From positions 1,024,001-1,088,000 of the forward strand of contig CAWGJT010000005.1 of NCBI GenBank assembly GCA_963822965.1: a stretch of DNA of 64,000 nucleotides, in the 5' to 3' direction. Positions 18,170 to 28,288 of this stretch are shown one piece after another (positions within the stretch are counted from its first letter, which is position 1; every line of letters starts with the position of its first letter). The stretch is from an uncultured delta proteobacterium. GTDB lineage: Bacteria; Myxococcota_A; UBA9160; UBA4427. Below the pieces are notes generated by a model that ran no database searches, was not told where the DNA came from, and saw only the letters and a program-made list of their open reading frames with translations. Position numbers and translations under genes: made by a program.

Positions 18170-19708
18170 CTAGGCGCGGATGTTCGTGAACGCGATCACG
18201 TCCTGGACGGGAGCGGCGCTTCCGATCCGGTGGCCGGGAATCGCGGAGTCGAGGTTGGCGATCTCCCCGTGCAGGGCGAGGTAGTTGGCGACGATCGCCT
18301 CGGCCAGGGATTCCGGGTTGTTGCTGATCTCGCTGGCGTTCGTCTCCACCGAGCCGTCCGAGCGGAACCAGCCGATCTGCTGCCGGGCCGGATCCGTGAG
18401 GACCGGCTGGCCGTTCGGGCTGTAGACCAGCATGAAGGCGGCGGCCGTGCTGGAGTTGTCGCCCCGCCACACGCCCTTGCCGCGACCGGCGTTGGTTCCG
18501 TCGATCTGACCGTTCGAGTCGAGCGAGCCGTCCGAGCACACGTAGAGGCAGAGCTCCTTGCCCGTCTGGGCGGCGTACTCGAGGCAGGCGCCCATGGCCA
18601 GGCCCGCTTGGAAGTCGCGCACCTCGCCGGTGGCCCGGGTGCCGTCGTGGTAGTCGTAGCCGCCGAACTCGATGGTGCCCGCGCCCGCGTGGCCGTCCAC
18701 CACGAGCTTCATCACCGCCGCGGTCTTCTGGAACCTGCCCTGGCCGAGCTCGTTCGCGTCGAAGATCGGCGTGGCGCCCGTGGCGATCACCGGGTCGAGG
18801 CGCGGATCCAGCGAGGTCGGATCACCGTAGATCGAGACGAGATCGCTGCTCTGCTGGTACGCGCAGCGCACGAGATCGGTGACGATCAGGTCCTCGGTCA
18901 GCTCGAGCTTGTCCACCTTGCGGTCGCTCAGCCGCTCGACCGCCGCCATCACCGCGTCGGCGCCCTCGGTGTCCATGTACTGGACGAGCCGGCCCGTATC
19001 CACGAGACCCGTGGCATCCGAGGGACGGTCCACCTTGGTGGGACGGACCGAGGGATCGAACCACGAGGCGGGGTTCATCGAGTTGCCGCCCGAGTCCGAG
19101 GGGCGCGTCCCGATGAGGGTGAGCAGGCCGCCGCTGGAGCCGGTGGCCGCAATCCCGTACATCGGGTTCAGGGGATTGTTCTGGGTGTCGTTGGACGACC
19201 GGGTGCAGAAGACGGCCCCGTTCGTGCCCTGCTGGGTCGCGAGCGACGTCTTGAGCTTCATGCCGCGCAGGAAAGGGCTGTCGATGTGGAAGGGCAGACC
19301 GAAGGTCAGGTCGATCACCGTCGGGTCCTGCACCGGCGACATCGCGGGCGGCAGGCCCTGCTTCACGTAGCCTTCCACGTCCAGGAGGTTCTGGTAGCCC
19401 CCCTGCCGACCCACCAGCACGTTCGATCCCACCATGTTGGCGCCGCCGGCGAGATCCATGCAGATGAACGGGATGCGGCCCGCGCCGCCCGCCGTCAGCG
19501 TGCACTGCAGCGCCTGGGCCTGGGCGGCGTTTCCGTTGCGCCCGAGGAGCCCCATCAGGCTCGGGGAGATCACCATCGCGGCGCCCGCGATGAAGCCCTG
19601 CCCCAGGAACTCACGGCGCGTCCGCGGACGCGGGTGGTTCAAGTGGTAGAGCGGCTCGAGGCGCTCGGGCTCGTTCGGCTTGTCGTGTCGGGCTCGGAAT
19701 AGCTTCAT
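18170..19708 (-). CDS. Tat-exported DUF1501-like protein of unknown function
   Basis: RTRREFL twin-arginine signal ending in AQA; CMDLAGG near the N-terminus and GGYDYHDG resemble the LxGG and GGWDTH motifs of DUF1501-type proteins. Confidence 0.65.
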   Translation of the reverse strand: MKLFRARHDKPNEPERLEPLYHLNHPRPRTRREFLGQGFIAGAAMVISPSLMGLLGRNGNAAQAQALQCTLTAGGAGRIPFICMDLAGGANMVGSNVLVGRQGGYQNLLDVEGYVKQGLPPAMSPVQDPTVIDLTFGLPFHIDSPFLRGMKLKTSLATQQGTNGAVFCTRSSNDTQNNPLNPMYGIAATGSSGGLLTLIGTRPSDSGGNSMNPASWFDPSVRPTKVDRPSDATGLVDTGRLVQYMDTEGADAVMAAVERLSDRKVDKLELTEDLIVTDLVRCAYQQSSDLVSIYGDPTSLDPRLDPVIATGATPIFDANELGQGRFQKTAAVMKLVVDGHAGAGTIEFGGYDYHDGTRATGEVRDFQAGLAMGACLEYAAQTGKELCLYVCSDGSLDSNGQIDGTNAGRGKGVWRGDNSSTAAAFMLVYSPNGQPVLTDPARQQIGWFRSDGSVETNASEISNNPESLAEAIVANYLALHGEIANLDSAIPGHRIGSAAPVQDVIAFTNIRA

Positions 19709-19720
19709 GGTGTCGGGCCT

Positions 19721-21897
19721 CTATTGAACCATCACGCCGGCGCTCGCGAGGGTGGCCGTACAGGCGCCCTTCACGATGTTGACGGTGCGGTCGGCGTCGC
19801 AGGGCGTCAGATTGCAGGCCATCAGGTCGACGATCAGCTGGTCCAGGTCGGCCTCGACCATCGCCGAATCGGCCTGGTTGGCCAGCTCCTGCGCGGGCGT
19901 TCCGTGCCGCAGCATCTTCGTGACGAGAGGCTCGGTGATCAGGTCGAACTTCGCCGGCGAATCGAAGGCCACCGACGGAATCGCGGTCCACTGGAAGCCG
20001 GCTCCGAAGAAGGCGTCGCGCAGGCTCGTGTCGCCTTCCACCATCTCGTGGCAGTACTCGAAGGCCAGCTTGGAGATGCCCACCTGATGCGACGACACGA
20101 AGGAGCGGATGTCCTCGGTGCTCGGCAGCTGCTGCGTGAGCTCCTCGTAGGTGGCCTTCACCGCCGGGGTGAAGGGATCGACGCCCGTGAGCGTCGCCAT
20201 CGTCTCGTTGATCCGGGCGTAGTCGCGGAAGCCCACCACCGGAACCGGGTCGAGGACGTCCGTGCTGACCACGTACGGCGGAATCACCGGATCGACGGGG
20301 CTCTGGAAGTTGCCGAGCTGCTCGAAGGCGACCGTGAACGTGTCCTGGTTGTTCGGCAGCTCCTTGCGGATCGACCGCGCACAGCCGCGAGAGCTGGTGA
20401 CCGTCCGCTCAGCACCGTGTCCTGCAGCTGCGAGAAGGCCTGGCCCTCGACGGGCGCGTTGCCGTTCACCTGGATGCGGATGTTCTGCACGGTGAGCCCG
20501 GCCGGGTTCGGTCCGCGAATGGTGGGCTGGCAGAAGAGGTAGCTGTAGGCGTCGAGCTCGGTGACCGCGAAGTCGATGGTGGTGCCGGCGCCCGCCCACT
20601 GGCTGATGTCGAAGGTGAGGGTGAGCGCTTGCCGACGCCCGCCTTGTAGTTCTTCGAATCTGCGCGGCGTCAGCGCCCGGTCGTAGACCGCGAGAAAGCG
20701 CACCTGCCCGATCCACTCGTTGTCCGGTGTTGTTGATCTCGTTGCCGATGGCGAGGCGGTCCCGCTCGTCCCAGTTCCAGAGGCGGCCGGTGTCCTGCTC
20801 GTCCATGTCGTCCGTCCACACGCCGTCCACGTAGATGCGGCGGCCCGAGGAAGACGATCGAAGGTGACCACCACGTGCTGCAGGGTGGCCTGCAGGTCCT
20901 CGTCCATGGTCGTAGGTGATGAGGGACGGGTCGCCCACGTTGTTCACGCCCTCCGCGACGCTGCGGTTGCGGAACACGTACTGGTAGAGGTTCTGGCCGA
21001 CTGTGAAGTTGGCGTTTCCCGCGCTGCGCGAGTAGGTGATGATGCGGGCGGGCCCGCTTTCGCCGTCCTGGGTCGTGTTGCCCGGGAACCAGCCAGGCCT
21101 CCACCGAGTACTCGCCCGGTGCCGACGCCCGGCTCGGCGATGTGCTCGTAGAGCTTGCGGCTGTCGGCCTCGGTCGCGGTCGCGATTCCGCCCTCGGCGA
21201 CGTCGATGCCGTAGCTGCTCATGAACACGGCGTCCGAGCGAGAGGGTGAGGTCCATCGCCGGTGCGCACGCCGCTCGTGTCGAACGCCGTCGTGCCGGTC
21301 TCCTCCTTGAACTCGCAGCGCGCGATGATGTTGTCGTCGTAGCGCTCGCCACCCTCGTCCTCGACGCCGTCGGCCAGGGTGTGCGAATCGCTGACGAGCT
21401 GCGCGACGTCGACTCCCGTGCCGCCACCGGACGAGCCGGCCTGCTCGAGCAGCGCGTCCCAGGCCTGCACGGCGGCCAGCATCTCGGCGCCGTTCTCGAC
21501 GCAGTTGCTCCAGCAGAAGTGGAAGTCGGTGGCCAGCCGGCGCACGAGGCGCGAAGACTCGGGCATCGTGAAGTTCACCTTCTGGTTGTCGATCACCGCC
21601 GAATAGGCGACCGCGGGTCCGAATGGGCGATGTGCGGGCGTGCCCGGACCGAAGCCCGCGTGGCACTGCCTGCAGTTGGCCGCGAGCAGCGGGTAGACGG
21701 TGCTCTGGAAGGCGGCCACCTGCTCGGTCTGGCTGAGACCGCCCAGGCCCGAGATCCGCCGCCGCCGACGACGACGGGTCTCCGTCGCGCCGCCGGTCCC
21801 TTGCCGCCCGAATAGTCGCCACAGGCGAAGGACAGGGCCGCAACGAATGGGATCGCGATCGAACAGAATCGGGATGTCGAGAGAGTGTTCGGTCCAT
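19721..21897 (-). CDS. CXXCH + LamG/ConA-like lipoprotein (reconstructed across about 10 frameshifts)
   Basis: Stitched frames give SIAIPFVAALSFA-C lipobox (Cys 21821-21823), NCRQCHAG (21660-21674), HFCWSNC, FKEETGTTAFDTSG, SVEAWLVP, LQHVVVTFD, RRIYVDG, WIGQVRFLAVYDRALT (LamG-like) and an intact C-terminal helical domain. Confidence 0.7.
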
Positions 21898-23144
21898 CAG
21901 TCGTCCATGCAGTAGGCGGCGACCTTGGCGAAGACCATCTTCATGCTGTAGTCCTGGTCCTCGAAGTCCGTCGCGATACTCTCCACCGTGTTGCGTTCGG
22001 TTTCATTCGCGGGGTCCCGGAAGCAGACCTGGCGAAACACCTTCTGCACCTGGCAGCGCGCGAAGCCGCGGCTGTTCGCGACCTCCTCTCCGAGACTCTT
22101 CGCTCCGTAGCCGCCACCCGGGAAGGGAATCGCTCCAGCCGAAGATCGCGTTCTGGCCCTCCCGCCAGTAGTTGTCCCATCGGTTGTCCGTCGTGACGTA
22201 TCCGAAGGGGAAGACGTTCCCGTTGATCAGATACTTCGAGCTGGACGTCTCCGCGCGTGTGGATCACACGCTGCTGGTTCTCGTCCCACTCGAAGTAGGC
22301 GAAGGCGCCGGCCAGCGGGTCCATGCCGGAATGACATCCGCTGCAGGTGTTGAGGAAGATCTGGCTGTCGCCGCCCGGGCTGCGACTCACGTCCTGGCGG
22401 ATGCGATCGACGGGCCGGGTGACGTCGGACAGCTGCTCCATGTCGACGCACAGGTAGTTGATGGCCAGGTAGCGCCACATGGCGCGATTGGTTCCGCCGG
22501 AGAAGAACGCTTCTCGCCGGCCGCGCGGCTGGTGATGATGCCGGCCGACTCGGAGGCGTCGAGCATCGAGCCCGGCAGCTCGTCCTGGTTCCACGGGACG
22601 AAGTCGGCGGGGTTCGAGAGATCGACGCCCATCGACTCGAGCTGCTCGTAGTGGACGTTGTCGGTCTGCGAGTAGTCGGCCGGAACGACCCGGGAGCCGT
22701 TGTTCGAGGCTCCGCCGCGACCGATGTAGATCGTGTTTCCGGTCAGGACCTCGGTGAAGGGACGGTCGTCCCGGATGATGCCGATCACCGTGGCCGTGTA
22801 GTCGTTGAGGGGCGCGAAGACCGTGCGGTCCTCGTTGGTCCAGGGCGTGATCCAGGTCTTCAGCGTCGAGTTGTAGAAGACGGGGTTCTGCATCGCGAGC
22901 GCGGCCGCCCCGTCCGGTGTCTTCGCCGGCGATCAGGGCCTCCATCGCGTCGAGGGTCGCCGCGTCGGGGGGAATGCCGACGATGCGGTCGTGCATGCGC
23001 ATCGCGGACTCGCGGGGACCGGCCGTCGCGGACCCGCGGCGAGCGCGAGCACGACGCCGAGGGCGGCGGCCAGCGACGCGCGCACGAAGGGGCGGCGGCG
23101 GAGGTCGGGGCCTTCGGGGAAGGGGAGTGCCTGGCTGAACGCAT
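21897..23144 (-). CDS. Secreted CXXCH protein with a DUF1585-like C-terminus (reconstructed across about 5-6 frameshifts)
   Basis: Signal-like FVRASLAAALGVVLALAAG; GPRESAMRMHDRIVGIPP; TCSGCHSGMDP (22331-22345); ends FARCQVQKVFRQVCFR...YSMKMVFAKVAAYCMDD*. The stop overlaps the next ATG. Start is approximate. Confidence 0.65.
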
Positions 23145-23234
23145 GCTCGAACCCACCTCGTCTCTTCGGCCCCCCGTCCCAGGCCGCGACCGCGGAGTAC
23201 GCCCAAGAGCTTCGGGACGCTTCAGATCCTTGTC

Positions 23235-23250
23235 GGTGACCCGGATCACA
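23235..23250. promoter_or_regulatory. CRP/FNR-family-like binding site between the divergent operons
   Basis: GGTGA-cccgga-TCACA(AA): 9/10 match to TGTGA-N6-TCACA. Confidence 0.45.
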
Positions 23251-23493
23251 AACTTGGGGGTGAAACCCAGCGCTCCCTTCCGATACGATCGAAAATATCA
23301 CGGAGTGCGCAGGTCGCGGCGCAGCGAGTTCGGGGCAAGCGCGCGACCCGCTGAGCGCGAATCCGGATGTCCGCCGAGCGGGCCCCGGGCGCTCGGAATG
23401 ACTCGGTCGTCTCGTGCCGGAAAGCCCGGTATTCCGGCGGCGAAGCCCGGGGCTCTGCGGCGCGGCCTTCCCGGGCGCTGCACATGCTCTCCG

Positions 23494-25984
23494 ATGGAAT
23501 CGCGGACCAGACCGGCAAGACCGCGCCTCGTGATCGGCCCGGCGCGCGCCGGTCCGCCGCGGATCCGGGTCGAAGATCACAGTTTCCGGGGGGCATCGTC
23601 CGATAGGCCCCCACGTGGATGTGATCACGCGCACGGCCTGCACGGCGGCACGGCCGCTCCCGCGCTCCGGCGACTCCCCGCGCTGTCGTGCTCGCTCGTC
23701 TTCTTCCTTCTTCTTCTTACCGTCGTCACCGGGTGGTCGCTCCCGCCGGCTCCGGGCGGGCGGCCGAGCGACGCCGAGCGCGCCGGGCGCGGAGGCTCGA
23801 CTCCTGCCCCGCGACGGGACGCCGGCCGTGGTGGCGCGGCTGCTGGTGGAGCGCGGGCCCCGGACCGGGCTCGCGTGGGCGTGCTCTTCGACCTGGCGCC
23901 GGGCTGGCACGTGTACTGGCGGAGCGCAGGCGACACCGGACTGCCCCCGGAGCTCGCCTTCGACGTGACGAACGCCGAGGTCGGGCCCCATCCAGTGGCC
24001 GACCCCGGTGGCGTTCCTCGCGGAGACCTCCGGGAGCGACCTCCGCAGCTACGGCTACGTGGGACAGGTGCTGCTCGCGGCGGACGCGGTCTTCGATGGC
24101 CCCCCCGCACCCGACGGCCGCATCGCCGTGGACGGCGACGTCCTCGTCTGCGAGTCCGAGTGCGTCCCGACGAGCTTCCGGCTCGAGCGGTCCCTCGACG
24201 CGCCCCTGCCCGGGCTCGGCCCCGGCGACGAGAAGCAGCTCTTCCGACGCTTCGCGGAGCGTCTGCCCGAGGCCCCCGAAGCCCGGGGCATCGCGCTCGA
24301 GGCGCGCTACTCCCAGAGCGCCATCCGACCGGGCGACGCCTTCGTGGCCGCCATCGGCGTTCGCTCCTGCGCGGGCTCGGACAGCCCGGCGGGCGGGTGC
24401 GTGCCCCTCGAGCCGCGCGCCACACCCGAAGACGGCGTCGTCTTCTTCCCCGACGACAGCGAGAGCCTCGAGCTCCGGGTCACCGGCGTCTTCCAGGACC
24501 CGGCGGATCCCCACGTCCACTGGGTGTCCCTGGCCGGTCTCGCCGAGCCCGACGAGCCGATCGACGTCGGCGCGCCTCTCCGGGGTGCTGGCGCTGGCCG
24601 ACCCCGAAGGCCGGCCGCACCACCTCGAGGTCGATCTCCCGCTGCCGACCGCGAGCGCCGGCGCAGCGGTGGAGACGATGGAGCTTCCCTGGCTTACCCC
24701 CGCCGCGACGTCGTCCGCCGCGCCCGCTGTCCCCCTCCTGCACGCGCTGCTGCTGGCGCTGCTGGGCGGCCTGGTGCTGAACCTCATGCCGTGCGTGCTT
24801 CCGGTGCTGGCCATCAAGGTCTTCTCGATCTCCGAGATGGCGCACGCCGCTCACGTCGGCCGCGGCGAGCCGATCCGACACGGTGTCGCCTACACGGCGG
24901 GGATCCTCGGCTCGATGGCGGTGCTGGGCACGAGCGTCGTCGCCCTGCGCGCCGCCGGGCACTCGGTGGGCTGGGGCTTCCAGTTCCAGGAGCCGATCTA
25001 CGTGGCGGCGATCTGCGCCGTGCTGGTGGCGTTCGCGCTGAACCTCTTCGGCGTCTTCGAGATCCAGGTGGGCGTGGGCGCGCTCGGCAATCTCGGGCCA
25101 GCAGGCCACCGGAGCGAGACGGAGCTTCTTCGAGGGCCTGCTGGCGGTGGCCCTCGCGACGCCGTGCTCGGCGCCCTTCCTGGGCACCGCCATCGGCTTC
25201 GCGTTCGCCAGCGAGCCGAGCGTGATCCTGGCGATCTTCCTCGCGGTCGGGGCTCGGCCTGGCGGCGCCCTTCGCGCTCGTGACGCTGGTGCCCTCGTGG
25301 TCGCGCTTCGTGCCGCGTTCGGGCGCGTGGATGCACGTGGTGCGCTGCGGGCTCGGGTTCTCCCTGCTGGCCACGGTCGTCTGGCTGCTCTGGATCTTCG
25401 GCGCCACCGCGCAGCTCGACGGCGTGATCGGCCTGTGCGGCTTGCTGCTGGCGCTGGCGTTCGGCCTGTGGTGCTTCGGGCTGGTGCAGCGCTCGAATCG
25501 CCCGCGCATGACCCTGGCGACGGGCGCGTTCGTCCTGCTGCTCGGCGTCGCCGGACTGAACGGGGTGAGCGCGCGCCTCGACCAGGCCGCGGCGTCCGGC
25601 GAGCCCACGGGCGACGCCAGCCTCCCGCACCTGGCGCGCCTGGACGAGCGCGGACGTGCGCGGACGCCCTCGCCACCGGCTCCCCCGTCTTCGTCCGGTT
25701 CACCGCGGACTGGTGCATCACCTGCAAGGTGAACGAGCGCCTCGTCCTCCGGGACGAGGCCGTCGGAGACGGCCCTCGACCGCGGCGGCTTCGTGCGCTT
25801 CGTCGGCGACTGGACCCGGCGCGACGAGACGATTCGCGGCGAGCTGGCCCGACACGGCCGCGCGGGCGTCCCCCTCTACCTCGTCTACGACCCGGAGCGT
25901 CCCGACGAGCCCGTGCTGCTGCCCGAGCTGCTGTCCGTCGACGCAACCCTCGCCGCGGTGCGCGCGGCCGCGGAGGGATCGTGA
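23494..25984 (+). CDS. dsbD: Thiol:disulfide interchange protein, DsbD/ScsB-type (reconstructed across about 8 frameshifts)
   Basis: N-domain PGWHVYWRSAGDTGLPP and VCESECVP; TM domain LNLMPCVLPVL and ATPCSAPFLG; C-terminal thioredoxin FTADWCITCKVNE...GDWT...GRAGVPLY. Start is uncertain. Confidence 0.8.
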
Positions 25985-26152
25985 CGCCCGTCACCCACAA
26001 AGCCTCAAGCCCGCCCGATCGTCGGGACGATGAGCAGGCGAGCTGCGCGTTCCCGAGTCTCGGAAGCGGGATCGCACCACGGCCCGAATCGCGATCGAGA
26101 CCGGATTCGATCCAGAAGAGACAGAGACAGGAGACAGAAGGAAGCAGGACCC

Positions 26153-26723
26153 GTGAAGAACCCCCAGGACCGCACATCGGAGATCCGAACCCCTCGTCGA
26201 GCTCGCCCGGGAGTACCGGTCGCGAAGCGGGTGGCCCTCGCGCTCGCGGCGGCGCTGCTGCTCGCGAGCCAGACCGCGCCTCGCCCTCGAGGCGGGCGAC
26301 CCCGTGGCCGACTTCGAGGCGCCGCTCCTCGGCAGCAAGCACACGCTCAGCCTCGCCGACTATCGAGGCAAGGTCGTCTACCTCGACTTCTGGGCGTCCT
26401 GGTGCGATCCGTGCCAGAAGGCCATCCCCGCCATCGAGAAGCTCCGCAGCGAGTTTCCGGCCTCCGAGTTCCAGGTGGTCGCCGTGAACATCGACAAGAG
26501 CACCAAGAAGGCGATGAAGTTCCTGAAGAAGAACCCCATCGGATACCCGAGCGTGACGGACCTGCGGGGCAAGCTGTCGCGCACCTTCGGGTTCGAGACG
26601 ATGCCCACGTCGTACCTGATCGACCGCAAGGGTGTCATCCGCTACGTGCACAGCGGCTTCCGCGACGAAGACGTGCCCGAGCTGCGCGCGCAGATCTCGA
26701 AGCTGGTGGGGAAGAAGCGATGA
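26153..26723 (+). CDS. TlpA-family periplasmic thioredoxin-like disulfide reductase (one frameshift near 26280)
   Basis: LADYRGKVVYLDFWASWCDPC, MPTSYLIDRKG; the signal peptide KRVALALAAALLLASQTA lies in another frame just upstream. Confidence 0.85.
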
Positions 26724-26965
26724 AGACGAAGGGCCGTCTTCCGCTCCGCCTGCGCGCCCTGCTGCTGGCGGCGTTCGTCCTGGCCGCCTTCGGCGGCACG
26801 GGCTGCACGGTGGTGAAGCCCTGGGACCGCGAGATCCTCTCGCGCCCGGACATGGCCTTCGACAGCGACCCGCTCGAGACGGCCCGGCGCAACCACGTCT
26901 ACTACTCCAAGGAAGCGACCCCGCCCGGCGGCGGGGGCGGCGGCGGCGGCTGCGGCTGCAACTGA
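26720..26965 (+). CDS. DUF4266-type small lipoprotein with a GGGGGGGGCGCN tail
   Basis: GTG-C lipobox; VKPWDREILSRPDM and the C-terminal GGCGCN are hallmarks of DUF4266; ATGA overlap with tlpA. Confidence 0.85.
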   Translation: MKTKGRLPLRLRALLLAAFVLAAFGGTGCTVVKPWDREILSRPDMAFDSDPLETARRNHVYYSKEATPPGGGGGGGGCGCN

Positions 26966-26972
26966 GAAGAAG

Positions 26973-28283
26973 ATGAAGCGAACCCAGCACCCTGCCGCAG
27001 ACCCGTTCTCGCACGATCGCGCGAAGGACCAGACCGCGACACCGTCTCGCGACGGCCACCTGCCCGCGCCCGGCACCGTGCTGCGGGCGCTCACCGCCAG
27101 CGCCATGGCGCTCCCCGGCATCGCGGGCAAGGCACATGCCGACGGTCCCGTCGAGGAGATCACCATCGAGGGGTCTCCCTTCACCTACTATCGCGAGGAC
27201 AACCTACGTCCCAAGAAGACGGTCTTCGGCATGGAACGAGACCGCATGGAGATCTTCACCTACAAGTTCCGCATCACGGCGCCGGTCACCGACCGCGCGG
27301 ACGTCGAGGCGGACGTCGGCTTCGAGACGATGAGCGGGGCGAGCCCCTGGTTCGTGCTGCCCGACCTGGCGAGCGATCGGGACGGGCGCCCGGTGCAGGT
27401 CATGAGCGGCGCGACCATCGACGACCAGCGCGGAGACCTGCTCCTCAAGGGGAACTACTACTTCGACCGAGCCAAGGTATCGCTCTCGTCGGGCTTCTCG
27501 ATCGAGAACGACTACGCGTCGGTCAACTTCGGCACCGGGGCCGAGCACTCGTTCAACGACAAGAACACCACCCTCTCCATCGGCGGCAACGTCTCCCTCG
27601 ACTGGATCGATCCCACCGACGCGAAGCTCTTCGATCGCGTGGAGTCGGAGAACAAGCAGAGCTACTCGGTCTTCCTGGGCTTCAGCCAGATCCTGACGCG
27701 CCACTCCGCGGTCCAGTCGACGTTCAGCTTCGATTACTCGGACGGCTACCTGTCCGACCCCTACAAGCGCGCGTACATCGAATCCCTGGGCTCCACCGAG
27801 CGCGACAACCGCCCCGACAACCGCAAGCAGTTCACGTGGCTCACGAAGTACCGCCATCACATCTCGGGTCTTCACGGCACGCTGCACCTGGACTACAAGC
27901 TCTACGTCGACGACTGGTCCATCAATTCACACACCTTCGACATCGCCTGGTACCAGAGTCTCCCCTTCGGCTTCCAGATCGTCCCCTCCTTCCGCTACTA
28001 CAGCCAGAGCCAGGCCGACTTCTACGAGGTCTACTATCCGGACGTCCGCTCCAACGGGCTCTATTCGAGCGACTACCGCCTCTCGCCCTTCGGCGCGCTC
28101 GGCTACGGCCTCAAGGCGACGTGGGGGATCGAGGACTGGCCGGGACGCCTCGACTGGCAGCTCGCGCTCTCCTGGGAGCGCTACGAGCAGTCCGCCGGGC
28201 TGGCCTTCCAGAGCGTCGACGTCGAGAACCCGGGCCTCGTGGCCTTCAATCTCTTCGCGGTCCGGATCACCGCGAAGTTCTAG
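26973..28283 (+). CDS. DUF3570-type outer-membrane beta-barrel protein
   Basis: Amphipathic beta-strands; MSGAS/MSGAT, ENDY, GYLSDPY, RYYSQSQADFY, SSDYRLSPF; C-terminal Phe. Sits between DUF4266 and apbE. Confidence 0.8.
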   Translation: MKRTQHPAADPFSHDRAKDQTATPSRDGHLPAPGTVLRALTASAMALPGIAGKAHADGPVEEITIEGSPFTYYREDNLRPKKTVFGMERDRMEIFTYKFRITAPVTDRADVEADVGFETMSGASPWFVLPDLASDRDGRPVQVMSGATIDDQRGDLLLKGNYYFDRAKVSLSSGFSIENDYASVNFGTGAEHSFNDKNTTLSIGGNVSLDWIDPTDAKLFDRVESENKQSYSVFLGFSQILTRHSAVQSTFSFDYSDGYLSDPYKRAYIESLGSTERDNRPDNRKQFTWLTKYRHHISGLHGTLHLDYKLYVDDWSINSHTFDIAWYQSLPFGFQIVPSFRYYSQSQADFYEVYYPDVRSNGLYSSDYRLSPFGALGYGLKATWGIEDWPGRLDWQLALSWERYEQSAGLAFQSVDVENPGLVAFNLFAVRITAKF

Positions 28284-28288
28284 CCCGA

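Noticed and set aside
18770..18781. TGAT in the Tat protein as an additional ApbE flavinylation site
   Set aside because: A single 4-residue match (VIATGAT) without the usual acidic residue at -3 is easily due to chance; it needs conservation data.
18170..19708. Calling this protein GspF because a secretin is nearby
   Set aside because: It lacks the GspF multi-TM architecture and has a Tat signal with a soluble DUF1501-like body.
23335..23349. Sigma-54 promoter on the minus strand (GG-N10-GC ending TTGC)
   Set aside because: The -24 element (GGGTCGC) matches TGGCAC poorly, and GG-N10-GC is common in GC-rich DNA.
26113..26150. Purine-rich AGACAG repeats upstream of tlpA as an sRNA or regulatory array
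   Set aside because: Short, irregular low-complexity tract with no supporting structure.
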